Source: Longimicrobiales bacterium (lineage in GTDB: Bacteria > Gemmatimonadota > Gemmatimonadetes > Longimicrobiales > Gaopeijiaceae). Taken from it: 64,000 bases of DNA. Every line of letters starts with the position of its first letter. Position 1 is the stretch's first letter. Position numbers and translations under genes: made by a program. This document shows positions 10,091-20,360 of this stretch, piece after piece. Below the pieces are notes generated by a model. The model was not told where the DNA came from. It was given only the letters and a program-made list of their open reading frames with translations, and did not search any database. Location: positions 352,001-416,000 of the forward strand of contig OZ250165.1 in NCBI GenBank assembly GCA_965238005.1, written 5' to 3'.

Positions 10091-10393
10091 CTTCTGACCG
10101 TCTCACTAGAGAACGGCATCGGCAACTCCCCCAGCTCATCCGTCTCCACCTCGAACTCCTCATGCTCCTGCATCATGCGCAGGAGCCAATCGTGGGCTTC
10201 GCGAGCAGAGTGGATGCCATAGCGAGATGAGAGTCTGAAGCTCACCTCCGTAGGTGCCATGTAGCTGTCGGGATACTCGCACCGGATGGTCAGGCGGGGG
10301 GTGCGAGTCTGCGGCTGAGCTGAGCCAAATCCGAAGCTACCCCAGGAAAATATGCCCATGCGTTCAAGCTATGGGTGATGATGAGGTTGGGCG
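10091..10393. repeat. longer copy of the 9165-9342 repeat (overlaps the 101-aa ORF 10054-10359 minus)
   Basis: Direct comparison; a short inverted match also at ~31396-31420. Confidence 0.8.
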
Positions 10394-10788
10394 ATGGCTG
10401 GATGGGATGGACGCGAGGCCGCTAGTTCGGCAGTTTGCCGACGATCACCACGCCTTCCATGAAGACGCGAAGCCAGGGGATCTGACGGGTCAATTGGGCA
10501 CCAGCTGGCGAAGCTCCTCGAAGAAGTTCTGGACAGAAAGCCCCGAACGCCGCTGGGACGCTCATTCGTCTCCGCTTCACGTTCTACGGTGACGACGGAG
10601 AGTTGGGAGCGGAGGCCGTCACGGTTTCCGCCCCACCCTCGGAGGAGAGTGCCACGTTTGAGGTCTCGTTCGGGTCTCGAGCCACGGCCTATCGATACGA
10701 ACTGATCCCCTGATGTCGGATCTCCCCATGCCGCACGCCGCATGGGGACCGTGGACGGGCTGCTCGACGCCAGTCCTCTGATGGAGAG

Positions 10789-13404
10789 CTAGCGGTTGCC
10801 CTCAGAGGCTTCAACTCCGGCTGCCGGCGGAGTGACCGTCATATCCAGGCCGTAGACCACAGGGTGGCCGGGGCTGATGGCGCTCGTGGTATCCATGGAG
10901 TAGTTGCCCACCAGTGTGCCAGCCTGCTCATCGAATGTGCCCGAGAACGATACGCTGATGCTCGGCACCCCCGCCACGGTTCCAATGCCTACCGCGGTGA
11001 TCGTGCCGTCCGCCGCGATCGGACCCGAAACTTCGACCCAAGCGCCGCTGCCGCTGAGAGTGATCGTGCCGGGAATGGCCTGCGTCACGGCGACCGCTAC
11101 CGCGGCGGGTGCTCTTGCGGCACCAGCCGGTGGAGCAGGGGTGGAGCACGACCATGCGCTGACATCGCCGGACTCGAACCCGTCGGTAAATATCGGATCG
11201 ATGGCGACAAAGGGTATAGCTGGGCCGGTGCCGGCCATTCCGCCGGTTCCTTGCGAGAGCCCGCGCCCCATAGCCCCGCCGTTTCCGCCCGGCCCGATGG
11301 TCAGCGTGCCGGGAGCGCCGAAGAAGAAGTCATTGAGCGGATCGGCTTGGTTAAAGCCCCAGTCTCCCCAAATGCCGTTCAAGTCGCCGCCGTTGCCCCC
11401 GGCGAAACCGGGCCCGCCGCCCTCCCCCACGATCTCCTCGAACAGGTGGTACGGGATACCGATCGTACCTGCGTTTACCATTTGGTTATCACTGCCGTCC
11501 GTGTCGGTGATCACTCGGATGGTGCCGTCGAGGTCGAATATCTCGATGACGGGGCAGTTCGGGAATGCATTCCCACCGTTTCCTCCACTCACGAACGCGT
11601 CGCCTCCTGGGGCGCCAGGTCCCCCAAACGCGTGGCCGCCGGCTCCACCGGAGGCAAAGCCATCCCCTCCGTCGAGCCCGGGACCAAAGAGGTCGCTCCC
11701 GTCCGCACCGTTGATGGCCATCGCGTCACCGGTCCCCCCGATTCCTCCGACTCCGATACCGGGCGCGAACCCTGGCCCGGTTGGAGCCATGCCCGAATGC
11801 CCGCCGGGTCCGCCCGTGGCGTTCGCGAAAGGGAAAAAGTCGGGAGGCAGGGAGGCGTCGCGTGGGAAACCGCCCGGCGGGACCGAAAAAGCGTCTCCGC
11901 CCGGGAATCCGTCGCCGGGGTTCGCATTGATCGGCGTTGCCAACTCGACCTCAAGCACGCCGTCAAAGACGACACTCCCGCCGTCACCACCAGCGCCTCC
12001 GAAGGAGTTGGTGTGCGGCAGCACGCCGACGTTGACGTCCCAAAGACCAGTAGACTTACCTGATCCAGCTGCCCCGCCATCCCCAGCATCGAACCGAACT
12101 TCGATCGGGTCCACCGACTGGAGTGACAGGGCGACGATCTAGATCGGCACCACGTTGATGTTGCCTCCCGACCCCCCGTTAGCCCCTCGAGAGACGACCG
12201 TTCCGTCGGTGCCCTCGACATCCGACGAGCCAGCCGCGCCGCCGTTCTGAGCCTGGACCGTCGTCCCGCCGAGAAAGAGAATGTTGGCGACTTGGATGAG
12301 GACGTTCTGGCCGTCTTGCCCGGCGGTGGGTACTTCGCCGCTCAACCCGGGCGGTGCATTGATTGGGTCGTGCCGCACCGTGGTTCCCACGAGGGAGACG
12401 GTGCGCACCCCGGCCGCGCTGGTACGGCCGGGAGCCGAGGCGGATGCGGATGCCGTGGAGTTGCCGATCGTGATATCACCCGAGCTGGTGATGATCGCCG
12501 CGTCGAGATTGACGATCCCCTGCCCTACGATCAGAAGTGCCGGTGGCTCCTCGTCGGCTGACGTTACCGAGCACGCATTGCTGAACGTCCCCGAGATGGT
12601 GATGTCGGCCTGGCCGTTCAGCGACAGCCCCAGGCAATCCCCCGAGACGTCCCCGGCGATCGTCACCGCTCCCTCGGCGTCGATCACCGCGTCGTCGGTC
12701 AGGGTGACCGTCACGCCGGCCGCCACGGTCATCGTGGCCACCTCGACCGTACCACCCAGCGTGGCGTCGGCGGTCGGTATGAAATCGCCCCGGACCACCG
12801 TCAGGTCGGACGTTCCGCTCGCCCCGTCCTGCGACGCTGTGATGACCACCGGCCCCGAGCGGAGCCCCGACACCAGGCCCGTGGCGTCCACAGTCGCGAT
12901 GGCCTCATCGGACGACGCCCAAGCGAGGTTGGGCGCAGCCAGCGCGGTGCCGCCTGCGTCCTGCACGGTCGCGGATAACTGAAGCGTTTGGCCCGCCGTT
13001 ACGATCCCCGCCGGGGACGTGACGGCGATGCTTGCAGCCGTCTGTGCCACGGTCACGTTGGCCGACCCGGACGCGGTGGCGCCGCTCGCCGTGGCTGTCA
13101 CTGTGGCCGTTCCGTTCGCTACGGCCGTCACGAGCCCGTTGGAGTCGACCGTGACCGCAGAGGGATTCGAGCTGGCCCACGAGAACACGGTTCCAGGCAC
13201 GCTCGCTCCGCTGGTGCTGGTGGCCGAGGCGGAGAGCTGGGTCGTGGCTCCCAGACTGTTCAGCGTCGCCGTGCCCGGGCTCACTTGAACCGACGCAACG
13301 GTGTCTACGGGCGGGGTGACGCTGTCGTCCCCACCACCGCATGAGGCGATGAGGGTAGCGAGCAGGACGGGGGCGATCAGACGGAGGGGGGCGAACGGTC
13401 TCAT
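10789..13404 (-). pseudogene. Big_2 Ig-like lipoprotein with Gly-rich region, interrupted by one in-frame TAG (12139-12141)
   Basis: Lipobox LIASC; two Big_2 domains (W.SS.PS.VTVD..GLVTA); the two ORFs of the track share a frame across the stop. Confidence 0.8.
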
Positions 13405-13526
13405 CGGATAACGCTCCAATGGTTGGCTGGAAACTTCCCAGTGCTTCTCTAGCCCTTCCACCAGGCTCACGGGCCTACAGCTCTTTCTAGTACCACAGCG
13501 CATCAGATCGGGCAAGAGGCGGGAGG

Positions 13527-14200
13527 GATAGGCCATTCAAAGGCCCTGGGCCGAGTTCAGCATCCTCCTCGGGCGAGCCGAGGCACCCCAAGGACATCCC
13601 CTTGCGAGGCCGTGCCCATGCCAAGGTGCATTCTCACCGTTCGCCCATCAAGGATGTGACGAGCGGATGCGTGGATGGGCAAGAGATGCCGAACGGATCC
13701 GACCCCGCGTCGGGGACGGCAGGTCCGTGGTGCGTCGGTCTATGTCTCAGTCGGGCAGCGACTGATCGAACTCGAGGGCACCGCGCGAAGCGTGGTCGGG
13801 AATGGGTTCCGGATCGGCGGGGTCGAACCCGCCGGTCTGATCGAACTCGAAGATGCCCGACCACGCTTTGCGTGGTGCCCGCGGCGCCCGAGCCGCAGAC
13901 AGTGGAGGGGATCGGGTGGGGAGATCGAGGTAGGACAGAATGGAGCGAACGGGAACGGGATCGGTGACGAAGGCGATGATGCTCATCGAAGCACCGCGAC
14001 CACGCTTCGCGCGGTGCCCCCAGGCAGACCAGCGGCAGGACATCGTAGATACGCGCGATGAGGGAGGCCCAGCGTGAGGACGTGCGGCGGCCCGGGGCGC
14101 CGCCTGACGAACCCGCGGCGGACTGAGCGCCGAGCTGCCCCGAGGGCGACGCCTCTACACCACCCTGCTCACGCCCGAGCGCGATGACCTGATACCTGAG
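13527..14200 (-). mobile_element. IS91/ISCR-like rolling-circle element remnant: transposase C-terminus plus oriIS-like end
   Basis: WASLIARIYDVLPLVC..CGASMSIIAFVTDP..VRSILSYL..FDQ; terminus on minus strand CCAGGGCCTTTGAATGGCCTATC. Confidence 0.8.
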
Positions 14201-14550
14201 CCTGGGACCCACCTTCGGTGGGTCTTGATTGGACGCCGCCTCCCGCTTCCCACACATCGCCATCGGTCTAACGTGGACTCTGCCCCTCACCCGAGCCCGG
14301 AGCTAACTGCCCCGGCCTCTCACGGCCCCATTTGGGGCCGCGGCAAGTTGTGTCGAACGCCCCGACCCTCCCTTGTTCACGTTCACCAACTTCCGGCGGC
14401 AAAGGCGAGACGGTTACCTTCGGGGGACACGCGAAAGAATTCGTCGGCCTTCTAGGCCCACGTTGAGGCGAGGGACGGGATCGGACATCGGTTCGAACGG
14501 CGATCCTATGACTGACCCTCTCACCTCTTACTTCTCACCTCTCACCGTCA

Positions 14551-14621
14551 GGGTGGCTGAGGGGACTTGAACCCCCAACCTCCGGAGCCACAGTCCGGCG
14601 CTCTAACCAGTTGAGCTACAA
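14551..14621 (-). pseudogene. tRNA-His(GTG), 5' acceptor strand truncated
   Basis: TAGCTCAACTGGTTAGAGC, CCGGA-CTGTGGC-TCCGG, GGGGG-TTCAAGT-CCCCT, CAGCCACC; the expected 5' GGTGG is replaced by CTATCC. Confidence 0.85.
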
Positions 14622-14698
14622 GGATAGGCAGTCTAAAGACCCTACGGACTGGACGAGCAACGTCCTCCAAGGCTGCAGACTGGATCCACGTGGTGGGA

Positions 14699-15202
14699 TC
14701 AGCCTCTGCCCCCAAGTAGTTCCTGCGCCTCGTCCCCGGTAAGCCCCACTTCGGCCACTTCCGCGCTGGCGTCGGCCAATGACCGCTCCTCCGCCATTCT
14801 GGCCAGCATCAGTGAACCGGACGCTGAGACCGCGCCCAGGAAGGTCACAGCACCGACTATTGCGGCGGCCTCAACAACACTCGCCGCCCCCACAGCAACG
14901 AGGGCTGCCGGAAACAGACCCAGAAGGAGACCCCCGAGCGCCCCCCACGCCGCGAATCGGGGAAGCGACAACTCATCGAATCTGCGACGGCGCCCTGCAA
15001 TCCCGAGCACCGTGGAGAAGACCAAACCGCCTAGGAAGGCGGGGTACGCTAGCGCCGCCGGCCAGATATCAACGAGCGACCCAAGCGGATTCGGCCAGAC
15101 GTTGTGGATCACCTCTATACCGAACCCGACGAGCGCCCATCCGGCCGCCCAGGTCAGGCCCATCCCAACTGCTGCCCGGATGCGCGTCAGCCACTTCTTC
15201 AT
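14699..15202 (-). CDS. four-TM membrane protein
   Basis: RBS GGAGGT; motif RRRFDELSLPRFAAWGALGG. Confidence 0.8.
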   Translation of the reverse strand: MKKWLTRIRAAVGMGLTWAAGWALVGFGIEVIHNVWPNPLGSLVDIWPAALAYPAFLGGLVFSTVLGIAGRRRRFDELSLPRFAAWGALGGLLLGLFPAALVAVGAASVVEAAAIVGAVTFLGAVSASGSLMLARMAEERSLADASAEVAEVGLTGDEAQELLGGRG

Positions 15203-15224
15203 GACTACCTCCCCTCCCGCAAGC

Positions 15225-15773
15225 CTACCCCGCACCTAGGCTGCGCGATTCGTCGCCAGACTTCAGCGCAGGTCCTGCTCTTCGGGCGAGCATTAGGGTC
15301 GCTGTGGCCGATCCGCCACCCAAGAGTACGAAGATCGTCGCGTTGGCTAGGGCGGTCGAGACGGACCACGCCTGCCAGGCGTTTATGGCAAGAACCCCAA
15401 AGAGGAGAAGCCCGCCTCCAGCACCCAGCGCGGCGAAGCGGGGGAGCGAGAGCTTGCCGAACGGACGGCCGCGTGCTGTGATCGCCAGAAAACCAGAGAA
15501 GGCCACACCGAAACTCGGATCCGTAATGGTCAATCCTCCGAAGAAGCGGCCCCCGATGGTGTGCGCCCCGCTTATCATCCCCTGGGCTTCAAGTGCGGCC
15601 AGGGGTCGGCTGAACTCCTCGTAGAACTCGCGGGGGAACTCAAGGTGGGTCTTGTCCTCCGCCTTCAAGGCCGCATAGAGATGCCTCGACACCTCCTGCA
15701 CTTGAGGATCGAGGGTGCTAATCGGATCTTCTAGTCTCCTGACGCCAGCCCGACTGGGTTGCGCGGAGGGCAC
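15225..15773 (-). pseudogene. chimeric ORF: unrelated 5' part fused to the 3' half of a paralog of the 14699-15202 gene
   Basis: RPFGKLSLPRFAALGAGGGLLL matches the neighbour's motif; similarity starts near 15520. Confidence 0.55.
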
Positions 15774-15840
15774 CGTGAAGGCCTCGCTGCATCACGCATT
15801 GAAGAAACTACGCGAACCGATGGAGGTGTGGACTCGATGA
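15748..15840 (+). pseudogene. ECF sigma factor region 4 stub
   Basis: ARLGCAEGTVKASLHHALKKLRE; its stop overlaps the anti-sigma start (ATGA). Confidence 0.75.
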
Positions 15841-16271
15841 GCCCTTGCATAGACGTGGGAGAACTGGTCGGCGTAGGTGCTGCTGTCGGCTGGGAGGTAG
15901 ACCGGCTGATCGAGCACCTCCAAGCGTGCGATGGCTGTCGCACAGAGCTCCGCGAGCTGGCGACGGTGCGTATCGCGTTGACCGCGGAGGTAGAGCCACG
16001 CCCGGGATTCATCGACGAGGTAATGGGGGCCTTAGGCCCGGCTTCAACGTTCGACTCCAGAGCCGAGAGACGGACAGGCCTGCTCGGCTCCGTAGCCTCA
16101 TTCTCCGTCACCGCGATACTGGCCGGCGGCACCGCGATCCTTGCGGTCGCCACAGTATCATCGGCCTCAGCCCCCGTCGGGCTCCCAACCATGGTACTCG
16201 CCGCGACGATTGCGTCACTCGGCGCGGGGTCCTGGAGTGTGTTCAGCCATAGGCAGGCCGAGGCAAGATGA
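15837..16271 (+). CDS. zinc-binding anti-sigma factor (ZAS), membrane anchored
   Basis: HLQACDGC (HxxxCxxC) plus C-terminal TM helices. Confidence 0.75.
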   Translation: MSPCIDVGELVGVGAAVGWEVDRLIEHLQACDGCRTELRELATVRIALTAEVEPRPGFIDEVMGALGPASTFDSRAERRTGLLGSVASFSVTAILAGGTAILAVATVSSASAPVGLPTMVLAATIASLGAGSWSVFSHRQAEAR

Positions 16272-16406
16272 ACCGAATGACTGAAGTGCCGATAACCACC
16301 GAGCCCGGCTAAGCGGACCTGACGACGACTACAGCCTCCTTCGGTAGCTCGCCATGATGCCGGGAATGCGCAACGCCAGGGCTCCTTAGCTCTTTATGAG
16401 GTTGTC

Positions 16407-17116
16407 ATGGGGATCAGACGTGATCTGTTGTATGCAATCCGCTCATTGAGCCGAGCCCCTGCGTTCACCTTACCCGCGGTTGCTTCGCTGGCGCTAGGCA
16501 TCGCCATCAACACGACGATGTTCAGCGTGGTCAACTCCGTGCTCCTGAGGCCGCTAGGGTCGTTCGGCACCAGCGATCTGGTACGGATCGGCCGCTCCAC
16601 CGTGGGCGAGGAGCAATTCCGATCATCGTCCTACGACGAGTTTACATACCTGCGCGAGCACGCCTCGTCGCTCGCTAGCCTGGCGGGCCACCAGTTGGAG
16701 CCCCTCATCATGGACGGGCCCGACGATTCGCAAGTCGTGTCGGCCGAGATCGTGGCAGGTGATTATTTCTCGGTGCTGGGCGTTCCACCGATTCTAGGCC
16801 GCGGCTTCGTCGCTGAATACGGCGTCCCTGGTGAAGATCCCGTTGTGGTCATCAGCGATCGCTTTTGGCGCAGCCAATTTGGCGCAGATCCAGTGATCTC
16901 AGGGCGCACAGCGTCGCTCAACAACGTCCAGTTCACGATTGTTGGCGTAGGACCGCCCGGTTTTATCGGCACCTTTCCCGGCGTATCCGTCGATCTTTGG
17001 CTGCCTGTGTCGATGACGGATGCCCTCAGGCCTCGCGCGAATCGTCGCGTATCTATGGACCTAATAGGTCATCTGAAGGAGGGCGTCTGAATCGCGACGG
17101 CTCGGGCCGAACTAGA
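16407..17116 (+). pseudogene. ADOP/MacB-type ABC permease, N-terminal part only
   Basis: RDLLYAIRSLSRAPAFT...LALGIAINTTMFSVVNSVLLRPL; breaks at an oriIS-like end at 17117. Confidence 0.85.
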
Positions 17117-17139
17117 GATAGGCCATTCAAAGGCCCTGG
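17117..17139 (-). mobile_element. IS91-like oriIS terminus
   Basis: 23 bp identical to 13527-13549. Confidence 0.75.
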
Positions 17140-17231
17140 CGCAGCCGTTGCGGCCGGGGAGCAATTCTTCGCGTCGATTCAACGCGGAACTGGATCCGGA
17201 CGGATCCCATGCCGAGCGGCTTGTCGCCGGC

Positions 17232-18722
17232 CTAGCGGGAGCCCTCGCCCCAGGGAAGAAGGGAGCGAAATGAGAAGGTTGGCCGCACGCCCACTTTGAC
17301 GGTCGCAATCACCCTGTTCGTCGCGACCTCGATCACCGACAGATCGTTGGAGCCCGAGTTCGCCACGTAGGCGAAGGCTCCGTTCGGCGTTATGGCCACG
17401 TCGATCGGGCTCATGCCTACGGCGACGGTGCTCAGTACACGGTTTGTGGCCGTCTCGATGACGGTCACCGAGTCGGCGAACTGATCCGTCACGTAGACGT
17501 GGGAGCCGTCCGGGGTGACGGCGACTCCACTAGGATAGGAGCCCACGTGGACTCTGCCGACCACGCTCCGGCTCTGGGTCGAGATTACGGAGACCGTGTT
17601 GGAGCCGCGATTCGCCACGTAGGCGAAAGCCCCGTCCGGTGTGAAGGCAACGCCGAGGGGCCTGCGCCCGACTCGAATCGTATCGATCACGGAGTTCGTC
17701 GCCGTCTCGATCACTGACACCCCGCACCTCCCGAACCACGTCCCCGGTGTGCAACTACCGAAGAAGTCCGTGACGTAGACAAAGGCCCCGTCAGGTGAGA
17801 TGGCCACCTCCTCAGTCGGGGAGCCGACGCGGATCGTGGCGACGATGGCGTTTCCGGCCGTCCCGATCACCGAGACGGAGTCGGAGGCTACGTAGACGAA
17901 TGCGCCGTCCGGCGTGACGGCGACTCCACGAGGATCGGAGCTCACGCGCACCTTCCCCACCACGCGCTTCGTCGCGGTTTCTATCACCGAGACCGTGTTG
18001 GCGCTCCAGTTCGCCGCGTAAGCGAAGGCGCCATCCGGCGTGATAGCGACTCCACGAGGATCGGAGCCCACGCGCACCGTCCCCACCACGCGGTGGGTCG
18101 CCGTCTCGATCACCGAGACGGAGTGAGACCGTGTATCTCCGGCGTAGACAAACGAGCCGTCCGGCGCGATCGCGACGCCTTCGGGCCCGGTACGGTATTC
18201 CGAGTCCCCGTCATCGCTGCAAGATTGTCTGGGGTCGCCCGCCTCGGGACGGGAGCCGGGCGGACCATCCGCACCGAACGAGCACGTCTGCGTGATCGCG
18301 CGGTGGGCGACGGTGGCGTGCCAGCCCCGGGCATCCGCGCAATCGATCTCGATCGTCATTCTGCCCTCGCTCTCTAGATCGGGGTCAGGCAGCAGCCGCG
18401 CGAGAGTGTCGAGGTTGGTCGTGTAGACATCGTGCTCGGAGAAATAGAGCGACTCGGCGACGGCCACCTGACGGAGCGTGGAGCGCATCACGCTTCTGTA
18501 GGCACGCTGCCTCCCATCGTAGCCGGGACGCATGTTGATGACCACCACGAGCATCAAGGCGACCAGCAGGATAGTCGTTACCGCAGCGACCTTGATGATT
18601 CGACGCACCGCCCGCCATCGAGACACTCGACTACCTCGCCCTTGTTCGCGTCGCGCGGGGCATCGGCGTTCTTGTGGTTTCCATAGGTACGTCACTCCAA
18701 AATCGATGGCGCGTGTCGACAC
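17232..18722 (-). CDS. pilin-like N-terminal domain fused to a YVTN beta-propeller (start uncertain)
   Basis: TM helix, then RAYRSVMRSTLRQVAVAESLYFSEHDVYT; seven P.GVA.TPDG..AYV.N..S..VSVI repeats. Confidence 0.8.
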   Translation of the reverse strand: MSTRAIDFGVTYLWKPQERRCPARREQGRGSRVSRWRAVRRIIKVAAVTTILLVALMLVVVINMRPGYDGRQRAYRSVMRSTLRQVAVAESLYFSEHDVYTTNLDTLARLLPDPDLESEGRMTIEIDCADARGWHATVAHRAITQTCSFGADGPPGSRPEAGDPRQSCSDDGDSEYRTGPEGVAIAPDGSFVYAGDTRSHSVSVIETATHRVVGTVRVGSDPRGVAITPDGAFAYAANWSANTVSVIETATKRVVGKVRVSSDPRGVAVTPDGAFVYVASDSVSVIGTAGNAIVATIRVGSPTEEVAISPDGAFVYVTDFFGSCTPGTWFGRCGVSVIETATNSVIDTIRVGRRPLGVAFTPDGAFAYVANRGSNTVSVISTQSRSVVGRVHVGSYPSGVAVTPDGSHVYVTDQFADSVTVIETATNRVLSTVAVGMSPIDVAITPNGAFAYVANSGSNDLSVIEVATNRVIATVKVGVRPTFSFRSLLPWGEGSR

Positions 18723-18850
18723 TACAACGATTCACCCTTCATGCCTTGGCGGACAAGCCAGAACTCGTCCGGGAGGTGGCCTGTGGGTGGCGAAAACCTC
18801 GTCTGCTGCGAGATTACTGGCCTTTCGCGGTTCGGTGAGAGCAGGCGTCG

Positions 18851-19440
18851 ATGTGGGATTGGGTACGTATCGCGGCGTGGAGCGTCGTTTCAGCGCTGAA
18901 GAGTCGACGGGAGCTCGCGCTTGAGAACGTCGCGCTGCGCCACCAGCTGATGGTGCTGCAGCGGCAGCCCGGGAGGTTACGGCTCAAGGACCGTGACCGG
19001 CTCTTCTGGATCTGCCTGCGCCGTCGCTCGCCTGGTTGGCACCGAGCCCTCGTCCTCGTTCAGCCGGCTACCGTCGTGACGTGGCACCGCGATGGGTTCC
19101 GCGCCTATTGGCGTTGGAAGAGCCGGCCCACCGGTGGCCGGCCGAGGATCGATCGCGAAGTATGGGAGTTGATCCGCGACATGTGGCGCTCGAATCCTAC
19201 CTGGGGCAAGCCGCGCATCCAGGCCGAGCTGCGCAAGATCGGGATCGAAGTCAGCGACTTCACGGTTGGGCGGTACCGGCCACCTCGAGGCAATCCGCCC
19301 TCTCAAAGTTGGCGTGCGTTCTTGGACAACCACGTCGGGGACATCGTCGCGATCGACTTCTTCGTGGTTCCAACGGCGACGTTCCGCGTCCTCTACGTTT
19401 TCCTCGTCATGCCCGACGATCGGCGTCGCATCGTCATGTG
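18851..19440 (+). pseudogene. rve-type integrase/transposase, truncated inside the DDE core
   Basis: ELALENVALRHQL...NPTWGKPRIQAEL...AIDFFVVPT. Confidence 0.85.
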
Positions 19441-19731
19441 CTCAAGTCTGAAAAGGCCCAGCCAGATGCCCGCCCCGCAGCGGAGCCTCCGCTGTGAAAG
19501 TCCTCGCACACCCGTGAGACACGCCCCGGAGATCAGCAGATCGATAACTACACGGCCGAGCTGCATACTCGAGCGCCACCTCTCCCGCAGCGACAAGTTC
19601 ATGAATATACGCTGAGATCTAAATGACTGTCCTGCATTAACTTACGGCGCAACACAGGCTGTATATAATGGTTGTTATGTTAAGCTGCTGACCCCGGAAC
19701 CTTCCACCAGAAGCTCGAGCGCGGGCAAACC

Positions 19732-20190
19732 ATGTACGTGAACTGCGACATCAAGCTCGGCGACATCGGAGGCGAGTGCTATCGGAACTACCTCATCAGT
19801 CCCTGGACTCCTGAGCAGAAGCGCATGTGGGAGGTCGTGGCCGAGACCGTCCAGATCCAGGAGGAGGAATCGAAGACCGGTGCGGTCTGCTCGGACATCG
19901 CCGCGAGGATCCATCAGCATCAGGTCGACGCGGGGATGGCGGAGTACATCTACCACCGGGTCGCCCACGGCCAGGGTCAGTTCTTCAGCGGGCACCAACC
20001 GCCTTTCATCGCGCTGGGCGACTACAGCGTGCTTGAAGAGAACATGACGTTCAGCATGGAACCGGGTCTGTTCGACCCGGTGCGCGGCATCGGGATCAAC
20101 CCCAGGGACAACCTCCGCGTCACCGCGGACCGGGGCATTCGGCATTCGAGCGTTCCATTCTCCAAGGAATGGAGCCTCCTGGGGGTGTAG
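19732..20190 (+). pseudogene. M24 (Xaa-Pro) peptidase C-terminal fragment
   Basis: HRVAHGQG...H...LEENMTFSMEPGLF. Confidence 0.75.
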
Positions 20191-20360
20191 GCCGGCTCAG
20201 TCCCCGCCGCTATGCTGCTGCATTATGTCAAGTAGACGCCTTGCAGAGTGGTGGATCTTGCATCATTAACCAGGTCACGAAACCGTCACTTTCCTGACCC
20301 TCTCACCACAATCAGCATCGGCAACCTTCACGGCTGATCCGTTCCCATCTCGAACTCCTT

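Noticed and set aside
10864..12982. Long plus-strand ORFs (399, 412 and 233 aa)
   Set aside because: Antisense shadows of the Gly-rich lipoprotein gene, expected at high GC
17880..18125. Near-identical ~126-bp DNA repeats as a possible DGR template/variable pair
   Set aside because: They are in-frame YVTN blades; differences are not A-specific and no reverse transcriptase is present
19620..19690. attI-like AT-rich sequence (TATATAATGGTTGTTATGTTAAG), similarly near 6990-7010
   Set aside because: No integron integrase or complete attC array in the window; resemblance only
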